Assembly (NCBI RefSeq): GCF_009914755.1
Contig: NC_060926.1
DNA length: 64,000 bases
From: the human T2T-CHM13v2.0 reference genome, Homo sapiens
Direction: 5' to 3' (one strand)
Shown here piece by piece: positions 1 to 13,850 of the stretch. Position 1 is the first letter of the stretch. Each line of letters starts with the position of its first letter. A program made the translations under genes and the position numbers. The notes beneath the pieces were generated by a model that did no database searches, was not told the origin of the DNA, and saw only the letters and a list, made by a program, of their open reading frames with translations.

Positions 1-1709
1 TATAATTAAGTTTACTAATCAGTTGACCTTAGAATAGGAGGATTTCCCTGGATTATTCAAGTTGGCTCAGTGCAATCACATGAGCCCTTAAAGCAGAATA
101 GGAAAACAGAAGAGGAGTAAAAGAGAAAGTAGAAGAGCTCTGATGCATGAGGACTCAGCCTGCCATTGCTAGCTTCTAGATGAAGAAAGACAGATGGAAA
201 ATATAACAGATAAATTAGTTCTTTCAATAACCAGTGAGCGTAGAAGAGGACCCTGGGCCCCAGATAAGAACTGCAGCCCCAGATAATACCTTGATTATAT
301 CACAGTAAGGCACTTACTAGAGAATCCAAACACATTGTGCCAGACTTCTGGCCTACAGAACCATGACATAAATAATAGCTGTTGTCTTTTTTTTTTTTTT
401 TTACTTTAAGTTCTAGGGTACATGTGCGCAACATGCAGGTTTGACACATAGGTACACATGTGCCATGTTGGTTTGCTGCACCTATCAACTCGTCATTTAC
501 ATTAGGTATTTCTCCTAATGCTATCCCTCCCCCTGCCCCCCACCCCCCGACAGGCCCCAGTGTGTGATGTTCCCCACCCTGTGTCCAAGTGAGCTCATTG
601 TTCAATTCCCACTTATGAGTGAGAACATGCGGTGTTTGGTTTTCTGTCCTTCTGATAGTTTGCTGAGAATGATGGCTTCCAGTTTCATCCATGTCCCTGC
701 AAGGGACATGAACTCATCCTTTTTATGACTGCATAGTATTCCATGGTGTATATGTGCCACATTTTCTTAATCCAGTCTATCATTGTTGGACATTTGGGTT
801 GGTTCCAAGTCTTTGCTATTGTAAATAGTGCCACAATAAACATACATGTGCATGTGTGTTTATAGTAGCATGATTTATAATCCTTTGGGTATACACCCCG
901 TAATGGGATTGCTGGGTGAAATGGTATTTCTAGTTCTAGATCCTTGAGGAATCGCCACACTGTCTTCCATAATGGTTGATCTAATTTACACTCCTACCAA
1001 CAGTATAAAAGTGTTCCTATTTCTCCACATCCTCTCCAGCATCTGTCGTTTCCTGACTTTTTAATGATTGCCATTCTAACTGGTGTGAGACGCTATCTCA
1101 TTGTGGTTTTGATTTGCATTTCTCTGATGGCCAGTGATGATGAGCATTTTTTCATGTGTCTGTTGGCTGCACAGATGTCTTCTTTTGAGAAGTGTCTGTT
1201 CATATCCTTTGCCCACTTTTTGATGGGTTTGTTTTTTTCTTGTAAATTTGTTTGAGTTCTTTGTAGATTCTGGATATTAGCCCTTTGTCAGATGGGTAGC
1301 TTGCAAAAATTTTCTCCCATTCGGTGGGTTGCCTCTTCACTCATGATAGTTTCTTTTGCTGTGCAGAAGCTCTTTAGTTTAATTAGATTCCATTTGTCTA
1401 TTTTGGCTTTTGTTGCCATTGCTTTTGGTGTTTTAGTCATGAAATCCTTGCCCATGCCTATGTCCTGAATGGTATTGCCTAGGTTTTCTTCTAGGGTTTT
1501 TATGGTTTTAGGTCTAACATTTAAGTCCTTAATCCATCTTGAATTAATTTTTGTATAAGGTGTAAGGAAGGGATCCAGTTTCAGCTTTCCACATATGGCT
1601 AGCACTATATGTGTCCAGTTTTCCCAGCACCAATAATGGCTGTTTACTTAAGCCACTAAATTCATGGTCATCTATTTAATTTGCTACCTAGCATTAGAAA
1701 ACAAATACA
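1..1709 (+). mobile_element. MLT1D/E-like MaLR solo LTR, split by an L1PA insertion (LTR parts ~1-383 and ~1632-1709)
   Basis: MLT1 motifs CCTGGATTAT..CAATCACATGAGCCCTTAAAGCAG and GACTTCTGGCCTACAGAAC; the LTR resumes after the L1 with TTAAGCCACTAAATT..TAGAAAACAAATACA. Confidence 0.75.
384..1631 (-). mobile_element. 5'-truncated L1PA (L1PA5/6-like), ORF2 C-terminus plus 3' UTR
   Basis: Poly(T) then TACTTTAAGTTCTAGGGTACATGTGC. ORF remnants [22 protein letters not shown] and WIKKMWHIYTMEYY. 13-bp TSD AATAATAGCTGTT (371-383) / AATAATGGCTGTT (1632-1644). Confidence 0.97.
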
Positions 1710-2859
1710 GGGCCAATATGTAAATTAAGCAGTACATACAAGGATTCACTATGAACAATAACAATCTTTCCAAACATGTTTTGTTTTTGCTGTTATCATT
1801 GTTTCCTTTAATACCAATTCCCTGTATCCCCTGGTTTTCAGTCTTCTTTTTTTTGTTTTGTTTTGTTTTGTTTTGCTTTTGACACAGGAAGCATATTTAA
1901 GAAAGTTCCCTTTTGGTGATCCTCTTTATCTGAGAAAAGTTTGTTAGCCATCCTCTCAGAGAAGGTAGACAAAAAACTATCAAGTCTCCTGCAAGGCTCA
2001 CTGTCCCTAGATCTATGTTCCTTGTCTGAAAGAAAGGCATGTATCTGAGATTTGTTCTGAAGGACTTTTATAGGCAGCCATTCCCTTTAGGATTTAGCGT
2101 TCTCTCATTTCTAATTCTCTGTAGATATGATCCATTCATCTGGCTGTAATTCCAGGTTGGCTCTGGGATTGCCTATGCCTCTGGTGCCTCATTTTGGAGC
2201 CTGTGGAATAGGAACATCAGGTTGCTTCATCATTATTTCTTCCCTTTGGCTCTCTGCATGCTCCTCCTTATTTGTGACTATATTACTCTGGAGACCTCAT
2301 TCCAGACTCTTCACACAGTCAACTAGAAGAAACTAGAAGATAAATTAAAATCCTTGGTCTAATTTTGAGCTGAAAAACAGACTGGTCCTTCATCATGTAT
2401 TTTTTTTCTGCACACCTCTCTCACTAGAAAAATACATCACATCTAAAAGGATGGATTTTAATCAAGAGAAAAAAACAAGAACTGTTCTTTCTCCCCCACT
2501 CTCCATACTTCTATTTTTTAAGAAATCATATTCTATTTTTATATCATCTGTATCTCAAACTGTCTTCAAAAATAAAAAGCCTTCTTTATTAAAAATACTT
2601 TACATCTACCTCTATTACATTTAAGTAATTAGTTAAATATCATAATAAAAGGAGATTTTTGTCTTTGGTGACTTGGCACACATACTTCAAAACTGAAAAC
2701 TTCCCCTGACTACCATTAAGAGTGTTCTTAGTTACAAAGTAGTTTTGGGTTGTAAACACTGACAAAATGTATTTGTCTACATTCTGGCTCAACTAAATAT
2801 GCAGAACATGTAGTACTTGGGAATTCATGCTATTGAAAATAGTCAACCTCAGTTTTGTG

Positions 2860-2940
2860 TTTCAGCTCTGTCAATTACTAACCCAGAACTTGTGTAAATT
2901 ATTTAACCCTTCAAGCCTCAGATTTTTCATCTATAAAACT
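2860..2940 (+). mobile_element. MIR fragment
   Basis: TTATTTAACCCTTCAAGCCTCAGATTTTTCATCTATAAAA core. Confidence 0.65.
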
Positions 2941-3244
2941 CATTCCTTCATTACACATACTTGCTGAGCACTCACCATTTTTGTTATCATTATTGTTATT
3001 ATAATGCTCTTCAAATTCACAGAAGATAATTAACTATTTCACTACATTTGACTGAAATGATTATAGAGCACTCAACTGGTTGGAAACAATAAGTAACAAG
3101 CCATAGCTCAATTGGCACTCTAAGGTCAAGTATGGGGACATAGTGTCTAGTGTCTCCTTCTATGTTCCCATAGCATCCTGGGCTTATGGGCTTGGTTGCA
3201 TTTTTTACCATATATATATATATGGCTACACTTGAAGTGAAGAG

Positions 3245-3346
3245 CTATTCTATTCATCTTTCTATTTCCAGCTCCTAGTATAATACAATGCACAATATAG
3301 TGGGCTTAATGAATGTTTTTTAAGTGAATGAGTGAATAAATGAATA
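3245..3346 (+). mobile_element. L2 3' end fragment
   Basis: TTCATCTTTCTATTTCCAGCTCCTAG..GCTTAATGAATGTTTT..TGAATGAGTGAATAAATGAAT tail. Confidence 0.6.
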
Positions 3347-3874
3347 ATGAAGCATATGTACTGAGAAACAGGAAAACAATTAGAGTAAATAGAAAAACAA
3401 TTAGAGAAAAAAAAATCAACCTGGAGATACACTCTGCCCTCTCACCCATCACAGTAAATCTATAAAGCAGGACACATTTGGAAAGGAGTTGAAAGCAGAT
3501 ATACCGGAGCTAGAATTCTATAAAGTTTGGGATGGTAGTAATTAAAGAACAGAAGTGACAAGCTGAAGAGTAACAGAAATGCAGTCTCAGAACATGGTAA
3601 ATGGATCAGAAAACCTATATCTTTAGACTAAACTTTAAGCAACTGTAGAAAGGGATGAAGCACTTTGAGCCATTTTTAACATATTAGCACTGATACTAAT
3701 AAACGACTATCCTTGCTGGGCCAGAGGGAAGGATCAAGGCAAGAAAGCCTGCCTACAACATACAACCATGTCAGTTAACATAGATATGGACCTGACCAAA
3801 GAAGATAGAGCTCTAGTCAGTCAAAGTTAAGCTTTACCAGGGCTTTTGTAAATAAAACTGAAGGCTCGGTTTAT

Positions 3875-4164
3875 GGCCATATCGTTCTAATTTCTGCCTC
3901 CATGTTCACTGTGTCTTTTCCTCTATATCTTCTGCTCTGCCGTCTGTTCACCTCTGTATATTATTAGAAGGACACTGTCATTGGAGTAGACCCACCTCAA
4001 TCCAAAGACAATTAGCCAGGATCTTACTTCAAGATTCCTAACATAATTACATCTGCAAAAACCCTTTTTTCTAAATAGAGTAACATTCACAGATTCCAAG
4101 GATTAGGACATAGACTTTTTTGGAGTCGGGGGACGAGGGGAGAGACAATATTTAACCCACTACA
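3875..4164 (-). mobile_element. MLT1C/D-like MaLR LTR fragment
   Basis: AAGGACACTGTCATTGGA, ATTACATCTGCAAAAACCCT, GATTAGGACATAGAC, ending AACCCACTACA. Confidence 0.75.
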
Positions 4165-4370
4165 AGAAGGAATACTTCACAACTTATTTTATGAGACTTA
4201 TATTACTCAAATGCCAAAACCAGGCAGTGACATGACAAGAAAAGAAAACTACAAAGCAATCTTTGTTATGAATGTAGATGCAGAATTCTCAACATAATAC
4301 AGGCAAACAGATTCCAGCAAATTATAAAAATTTGCTTTTGGTCCATGACCAAAAAGAGAGAGTGAGGGGA

Positions 4371-4407
<37 letters not shown>

Positions 4408-4995
4408 CAATAGACAGAAGAACAAAAGCCACATGATGATCTCAACAGACATAGAATAAATATGCAAGGAATGTTTGACAACATTCACACTCTTTCGCAA
4501 TAGAAATACTCAACAAACTGGGAATAGAAGGGAAATTCCTCAAAATGATGAAGGAAAACTACAACAAACCCCCTGTTGACATTGTACATATGGCGAGAGA
4601 CTGGATGCTTTCTTCCTGAGATCAGAAAAAAGCAAAGGTATCATCTTTTGCCACTTCTATTCTGCATCATACTGGAAGTTCTACTCAGTTCCATTGGGCA
4701 AAATAGATAAATAAAGTCACCCAGATTGGAAATAAAAAGAAGTAAAACTATCTCTACAGATGTCATGATCTTGCATACCGGAAATTCTCAGGGACTTACT
4801 AAAAATCTATTAGAACCAATAAACAAGTTTGGCAAAGTTGCAGAATACAGGATCAACATACAAAAATCAATTTTATTTCTACACATTTGCAATGACTAAC
4901 AAAATATAATTAAGAAAATATATACAATAGTATCAAAAATAATAAAACATTTAGAAATAAATTTGACAAAAGCAGCCCCAAACTTACATTCCTAA
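4165..4995 (+). mobile_element. Old L1M ORF2 segment (host element, resumes at ~11430)
   Basis: CCAAAACCAGGCAG..AAAAGAAAACTACA..GATGCAGAATTCTCAAC; GCAGAATACAGGATCAACATACAAAAATCAAT. Confidence 0.85.
4355..4402. repeat. (GA)n microsatellite
   Basis: Read directly. Confidence 0.9.
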
Positions 4996-6028
4996 GGGAA
5001 AAAACTCATTATTTATTTATCTTATAACTGTAAGTTTGTACTCTTTAACCAACATCTCCCCATTTTCCCCACCCCTGATGCCTAGCAACCATCCTTCTAA
5101 TCTCTGTTTCTATGAGTTTGACTTTTTAAAATTTCACATATAAATGAGATGATGCAGCATTCATATTTCTGTGTCTGGCTTATTTCACTTAGCATTATGT
5201 CCTCCAGTTTCATCCACTTTGTTGAAAATGGCAGGGTTTCCTTTTCTAAGGCTGGATAATATTTTGTTGTATTTATCTATGTATATACACAACAATTTTA
5301 TTATATATTTACTCACTGATAGACACTTCGCTTTCTTCCATATTTTTACTACTGTGAATAATGCTACAATGAACATGGGAGTACAGATATCTCTTGGAGA
5401 CACTGATTTTATTTCCTTTGGATAAATGCCTGGAAGTGGAGTTTCTGGTTTATATAGTAGCTCCATTTTTAATTTTTAAAGGAATTTCCATACTGTTTTC
5501 CATAATGGTGGTGTCACAAACAATTCCGCAAACATTCCACCCCAGTAATATATAACTGTTCCCTTTCCTTCACACCCTTGGCAACACTTGTTATCTTTTG
5601 ACTTTTTGATAATAGCCATCCTCACAGGTGTGAGTGATGTCTCCTTGTGATTTTAATTTGCATTTCCTTGAGGATTAGTGATATGGATCACTTTTCCATA
5701 TACCTGTTGGCCATCTGTATGTCTTCCTGGGAAAAATGTCTATTCAAAGTCCTTGATCCATTTTTTAATCAGGTTAATTGTTTTGTTTTGTTTTGTTTTT
5801 CTACTGAGTTGTATTAGTTCCTAATATATATAGGATATTGACCCCTCATTGAATATATAGTTTCCAAACATTTATCTCGATTCCGTGGGTTCTTTCATAT
5901 TTTGCTGATGGTTTCCTTTGCTGTGCAGAAACTTTTTGGTTTTATGTAGTCTCTCTTATTTATTTTTACTTTTGTTGCCTATGATTTTAGTGTCGTAGCC
6001 AAAAAATCTTTGTCCAAACCAATGCCCA

Positions 6029-6398
<370 letters not shown>

Positions 6399-9316
6399 TT
6401 AATCCATTTTCAGTTGGAGTTTCTGTATGGTACAAGGATACAATTTGCTTTTTTAAATTACATGTACATACCAGTTTTCCCAGCACCATTTATTGAAGCA
6501 ATTATCTTTTTTCCATTGTATATTCTTAGCATCTTTGTCAAAGATTAGTTGACCATATATGCATGAGCTTATTTGGGGGATTTCTATTCTTTTCCATTGG
6601 TCTATAATGCTTTGATTGCTATAGTTTTGTAATATTATTTGAAATTGGGAGGTGTGATGCCTCTGTCTTTGTTCTTCTTATTCTACAGTGCTTTACCTTT
6701 TCGGGGTCTTTTATAGTTTTATACAAATTTTAGGATTTTTTTTTCTATTCCTGTGAAAAATGCCATTCGAATTTTCATAGGAATTACACTAAACCTTTAG
6801 TTCACATTGGGTAGTATGGACATTTTGACAATATTGATTCTTCCAATCCACGAACATGGGATATCTTTCCATTGATTTGCATCTTCATCAGTTTCTTTCA
6901 TCAATATATTATAGTTTTCAGCATACAGAACTTTCACTTCCTTAGGGGAATTTATTCCTAAGTGTTTTATTCTTTTTCATGCTATTGTGAATGAGATTAC
7001 TTTCTTAATTTCTTTTTCAGGTAGTTCATTTTTAGTGTATAGAACTGCAACTGATTTTTGTGCTTTGATTTTGTATCCTGCAACTTTACTGAATGCATTT
7101 ACTTGTTCTAAAAGGTTTTTGGTAGAGTCACAGGGGTTTCCATATATATGATAATGTCATTTGCAGAGACAATTTTACTTCTTCCTTTCCATCCATTTAG
7201 ATGTCTTTTATTTTTTATTTGTTTCTAATTACTCTGGCTAGGACTTCCAGTACTGTGTTGAATAGAAGTGGTGAGAGTGGGCATTCTTGTCTTATTCCTG
7301 ATATTAGAGAAAAAGGTGATCAACTTTTCACCAATTGAGTATGATATCAGCTGTGAGTTTGTCACATATGGCCTTTATTCTTTGGAGGTACATTCTTTTA
7401 TATCTAATTTTTTTAGAGTTTTTATTATGCAAAGATGTCAAATCTTATCAAATAGTCTCTGCATCTATTAAGATGATTGTATGATTTTGTCTTGTATTCT
7501 ATTAATCAATGTATCACATTTATTGATTTGTTTATGTTTAATCATACTTGCATCCCAGGGATAAATTCCACTTGATTAAAATGTATGAAACTTTTAATGG
7601 GCTGTTAAATATCACTTGCCAGGATTTTGTTGAGAATTTTTACAAGTATGTTCATCAGAGGTATTGAGGTACTGGCCTGTAATTTTTTGTTCTTATAGTG
7701 TCCTTATCTGGCTTTGGTATCAGGGTAATGCTGACCTTATAACATGACCATAAAATGTTACCATCTGTTGAATTTTTTTAAACAGCTTGAAAAGGATGAT
7801 ATTAATTCTTAAATATCATCCTTTATTTCACAGTTTCAACAGTGAAATAATCGGGTCCTGGGCTTTTTTATTGGAGGTACTTTTTATTACTGATTCAATC
7901 TCCTTGCTCATTTTTGGTGTGTTCAGATTTTCTATTTCTTCATGATGAAGTCTTGTTATGTTGTATGTGTCTAGTTACTTCTAGATTATTCAATTTTTGG
8001 CATGTATTTGTTCATAGTATTCTCTTTTTTTGTATTTCTGGGGTATCAGTTTTAATGGTCTCTTCTTTCATTTCTGATTTTATTTATTTGCATCTTCTTC
8101 GTATCTTAGTCTAGCTAAATGTTTGTTAATTTTATCTTTTCCAAAAGTCAACTCTTATATTCATTGATTTTTCTACTGGTTTTCTAGTCTCCATATCATT
8201 TAATTCTGCTATTACAATTACTATTTTCTTCCTTCTACTAACTATTAGCTTAGTCTGTTCTTTTTATAGTTTTTGATGTGTAATATTAACTTGTTTTATG
8301 AAATCTTTCTCTTTTGATGTAGACATTTATTACTATACACTTTCTTCTCAGAAGTGCTTTTGCTCCATCCCATAAGTTTTATTATGGTGCATTTCCAATT
8401 TTTTTGGTCCTAAGAAATTTTTTTAATTTCTCTTTTAATTCCTTCTTTGACATATTGGTTTTTCAGAAGCATGGTGTTTAATTTATATATAATTGTGATT
8501 TTTCAAAAATTCGTTTGTTATTGATTTCCTGTTTTATACCATTACAGTATGAAAAGATACTTGAAATGATTTCAATCTTCTTTAATTTGTGAAGATTTGT
8601 TTGGCCTAACATACGATCTCCACTGGAGAATGTCTCTAATATGTATGCTTGAGGAGAATGTGTATCTGCTGCTATTGGATGAAATGTTCTGTATATATCT
8701 GTTAGGTCCATTTGATCTAAAGTGTAGTTCAAGTCCAATGTTTTCTCATTGATTTTCAGTCAGGATCATCTATCCATTGTTTAAAGTAGGACATTGATAT
8801 CCCCTAATATTATTATATTTCTGTCTATCTATCCCTTCAGATCTATTAACATTTGCTTTAAAGATTTAGGTACTCTGATGTTGGGTACATATATATTTAT
8901 AATTTTATAACCTCTTGATGAAGTCACCCTTTTATCATTATATAATAACCATCTTTGTCTCCTTCACAATTTTTGACATAATGTCTGTTTTGTCTGAAAT
9001 ATCTTTTTCTATTCTTTCACTTTCCATCTATGTGTGTCTTTGATTTTTGACAGTTTGATTATAATATGTCTTAGTGAATTCTTATTAGGGTTGAATCTCA
9101 TTGAAAATATTAGTGCTTTATTTATGGATGTTCATATCTTTTCTCAGATTGGAGAAGTTTTTACCCTTTTTTAAAGTAAATTTCTGTCCCTCTTTCTCTT
9201 CTTCATAAAATTTTATAATATGAAAAATGGTTTTCAATGGCATCTCATAAATCTTGTAGACACTCATTCTTCTTTTTTTCTTCTCTGACTGGATATTGTC
9301 AAATAAACTGGCCTGA

Positions 9317-9982
<666 letters not shown>

Positions 9983-10256
9983 TTCTATTGCATTTTTAAA
10001 TTTTCATTCCTTGTATTCTTCAGCTTCAATATTTCTGTTTGGCTCTTTTTATGATTTCTAACCTAACTCTCTGTTAAACTTCCATTTTAATCATGTATTT
10101 TTTTCCTGATTTTGTTAAGTTGTCTGTTTGTTCTCTGTTTCCTGGGCTCTCTTAAAACAATTATTTTGAATTCCTTGTAAAGAAATTCATAGATTTCTGT
10201 TTCTTTGAGGTTGGTTACTGGAAAATTATTGTGTTCCTTTGGTGGTTTCAGTTTTC

Positions 10257-10257
<1 letters not shown>

Positions 10258-10311
<54 letters not shown>
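10258..10311. repeat. Pure (TG)27 microsatellite
   Basis: Counted directly. Confidence 0.98.
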
Positions 10312-10313
<2 letters not shown>

Positions 10314-11429
10314 CCTGTTGCCTTGCATTGATATCTCCATATTCAATGGAGCAGACAACTTTTCCAGATTTTACGGACTGGATAAGTAGGGAAACATCCC
10401 CAAAATGGGTGGATGTAAGGTCATCGAATGGGTGGTGTCCAGCAGTTCCAGTTCCAGGGAGGGCACAGTGGCATAGTTTTTATGCAGTTCTGTTACCTGA
10501 GGCAGTGTTGGCAAATATTGCAGGAGTATTCGGCTGCCAATGTTGTGGGTGTCTGCAGTGGCCACAGGGGATGTTTGGGTTTCTAGTGGTGAAGACTGCT
10601 GAGATTCTCCTGATCTCTCTTGGCACTGGTTCAGGTTCACAGGTACTTTCATGATGGCACATGAAACACTCACACAGCTGGAACCTGGATCATAAGCACA
10701 TGTATAGTGACAGTGGCTCTGGGATTCAATGTGCAAGATAGCCTGTCACTGTGGTGGCTCCAGTGTCTGAGTCACACTTGCTTATGGAGCAGCAGTGGAG
10801 CTGGGGTCCGGAGCACAGGTGTATGCAGAACAACCATGGTCCTGGGCTCATGGCAGGTTTATCCTGCAGTGACAATAACTCCAGTGTCTGATGCATGGGT
10901 ATGCACAGTTTGATCACAAAGCAAGGGTCTAGAGTGCAAACATGCAAGGAGCAGCCACAGATTTGGGGTCCATGGCACATGTGGATTGGGTGGCCTGGTG
11001 GTTCCAATCCCAGGGTGATACAACAGTGCCTCTTTCTAGGGGTAGGAGACAGAGCATAGCAGCATCTCCTTCTCCAGAGCATCTGCAGTCCATGACTTTT
11101 GATTACATCAGTGGTGAATGCTACCTGTGTCCTCTGCAGGCCATCAGAGACCATGGTGGCACTCACCATGTGGCTGAGACTAATATCCTCAATGCTGCTT
11201 CTTTGTTGCTAGCTATCTCCAGATGTCTCAGGCACTCAAATCTCTCAAACCATCTTTTCTGTGCAGATATTCTCCTTTTTTTTTTTCTTCACCGTGTTAC
11301 TGCAGGTTCTTAATCGGACCCATGAGCCACCGCGAGGCTATTTTCATTGATAGATAGCTATCTAATTGTAGATTTTTGTGGGAGAGGAAAGACTGATATT
11401 TTCTATTCTGCCACCTTGCCGATGACATG

Positions 11430-12525
11430 ATGGTCAACAAGAGCGCTGAGACAATTCAAAGGGGAAAGATAATGTTTTCAGTAAATGGCATGTGGGCAAC
11501 TGCATATATACATGTAAAATAATTACAGAGGGCCCTTTCCTTACTCCATAACCAAAATTTAACTAAAAATGCATCACAGATCCAAATGTAATAGTTAAAA
11601 CCATAAAACTCTTAGAAGAAAATATAGTCATAAATTGTGACCTTAGTAACAACAAAGACCTCTTAGATATGATACCAAAAGCATAAGTGGCAGAAGAAAA
11701 AAAAAGCTAGACACATTGGACTTTATCAAATTTAAAAATTATTGTACTGTAAACAATGCCATCAAGAAAGCAAAGATACAACCTACAAAATGTAAGAAAA
11801 TATTTGTAAATTAAAAAATCATATATCTGAGAAGGCATTTGTGTCCAGAATATATAAAGGACCCTTACAACTCAATAAAATAACAAGATAAGTAAACCAA
11901 TTAAAAAATAGGCCAAAGACTTTATATGCATTTCTCCCCAGAAGATACTGGTATTTTCTGAAAAAGATAACTGTACCCTTACCATATGACGTAGAAATTT
12001 TATTCCTGGATATCAGCTCAAGAGAATTGAAGACATATGCTTACACAAAAATGTAGACATGAATGCTCATAGCAATTTTATTTATAATAGACAAAAGCTG
12101 GAAGTAAGCCAAAGGCCCATCAACTGCTGAATGGATAAACAAAATGTGTTAATTTATAAAAAGAAACACCAGTTAACTGTAAAAAGGGATTAAATATTGA
12201 TACATGTAACAATGTGGATGAACCTAGAACCATTATGGAACATGAAAAAACAGGCACAAAAGGCTAAATATTGTATGATTCCATCTGTATAGAATTTCTA
12301 GAAAAGACAAAATAAAAGAAATAGAAAGTATACCTACCTGGCACTAAGATAGAAATGGTGATTGACTGCAAACAAGCATAAGGGAACTTTTTGGGTGATA
12401 GAAGTGTTCTAAAACTAAATTTTGAGGATGGTTGCACAGGTCTGCTAGCTTACTAAATAATATTGAACTACACATTTTTATAGATTAATTTTATGATATG
12501 TAAATTACATCTCAGTGAACCTGAC
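11430..12525 (+). mobile_element. Old L1M (MB/MC/ME-like) ORF2 end and 3' UTR
   Basis: GACAATTCAAAGGGGAAAGATAAT, TATTGTATGATTCCAT, GGTGATAGAAGTGTTCTAAAACT, TATGTAAATTACATCTC. Confidence 0.85.
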
Positions 12526-12680
12526 AAATTAGATTTATAATTAAAAACTTCATTGATTAAAAGACATATTAAGACACACAAACTGCTAACCACAGAATCT
12601 GTGATGATATGTACATTAAAGACTATATAATTAAAATATGTTTGTATATTTTAAGAGACTACTAAAAGAATAAGTGATTT

Positions 12681-13066
12681 ACTTATTTTTTTATTTATAT
12701 TTTTATTTATTTATTTATTTGACAGACTGTTGCTCTTGTGCCCAGGCTGGAGTGCAATGGCACGATTTCAGCTCACTGAGATCGCCTCCCAGATTCAAGC
12801 GATTCTCGTGCCTCAGCCTCCTGAGTAGCGGAGATCGCCTCCACCGCGCAGGTTCAAGTGATTCTCGTGCCTCAGCCTCCTGAGTAGCTGGGATTACAGG
12901 CATGCACCACCACACCCAGCTAATTTTTTATTTTTAGTATAGATGGGGTTTCTCCATGTTGGTCAGGCTGACCAACAGATGAGGTCGAACACCTGACCTC
13001 AGATGATCTACCCACCTTGGCCTTCCAAAGTGCTGGGATTACAGGCTTGAACCACCACGGTCAGCC
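12681..13066 (-). mobile_element. AluSp/Sq with an internal duplication and fold-back insertions
   Basis: TGCTCTTGTGCCCAGGCTGGAGTGCAATGG and CTCCATGTTGGTCAGGCTG; perfect 15-bp TSD AAGAATAAGTGATTT (12666-12680 / 13067-13081). Confidence 0.95.
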
Positions 13067-13081
13067 AAGAATAAGTGATTT

Positions 13082-13850
13082 TTAATTAGATCAAAGCTCA
13101 TGAATTCTCAAAGGAGGATGTCTAAATAGCCAATAAATATATAAAAACAATTTGTTAGTAATCAAGAAATTACAGATAAAATTACATTGCCATACCATTA
13201 CACACCCATCACAATGGTTAAAATGAAAAAGACAGTCAATACCAACCACAGGAAAGGATGTGAAAAATAGAAACTCTTGAATATGTGAATGCAAATTGGT
13301 AAAGTCAATTTGCAAAAAAAAAACTGTTTTGGATCATCTAATAAGCTAAATAGTAATACCTCATGATGCAGCATTTCTATTTCTAAGTGGTAGAAATGCC
13401 TATGTAGGTTCACCAAAGATATGTATAAGAATGCTTACAGGAGTGCTATTATAAATGGTCCCAAACTAGTAATACAAATATACGGATAATATATTTTGTT
13501 ACATTCATACTATACAATGATGAAAATTAATGAATTATTTCTTTATGCAATATGGATAAAATACAAAAATTATAAATCTAAATGACAAAATCTAGAGCTT
13601 TGACTACATTTAAAGCTTAGCAAGACTAAGCTATGTATTAGAAGTCAAGATATTTGTCATATTTGGGGAGGAGGAGTTGTGTAGTAACCTGCTGGAGGCA
13701 TGAGAAGAGCTTCTGGGATGCTAATAATATTCATTTCATAATCTGCCTGGTATTTATCTGGGTGTGTGTATTTTGTAATAGTTAATCAAGATATAAAATT
13801 ATGATTTCTACATATATTTGTATATATGCCATTTTTTAATAAAGAAGTCT
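13082..13850 (+). mobile_element. L1ME-like 3' region (also ~12530-12665, left of the Alu)
   Basis: TACCATTACACACCCATCACAATGGTTAAAAT, CACCAAAGATATGTATAAGAATG, TTCTGGGATGCTAATAATATTC. Confidence 0.75.

Noticed and set aside
300-1605. ORFs resembling L1 ORF2p C-terminus
   Set aside because: Frameshifted fragments of a 5'-truncated L1PA, not a gene.
3373-3406. Short 21-bp-period duplication (AAAACAATTAGAG x2) and similar micro-duplications
   Set aside because: Ordinary slippage products; no CRISPR-like repeat-spacer array anywhere in the window.
10205-11313. Cluster of overlapping 120-150 aa ORFs
   Set aside because: Arise from the (TG)n tract and the GC-richer L1 5' UTR with low stop density; no recognisable domain.
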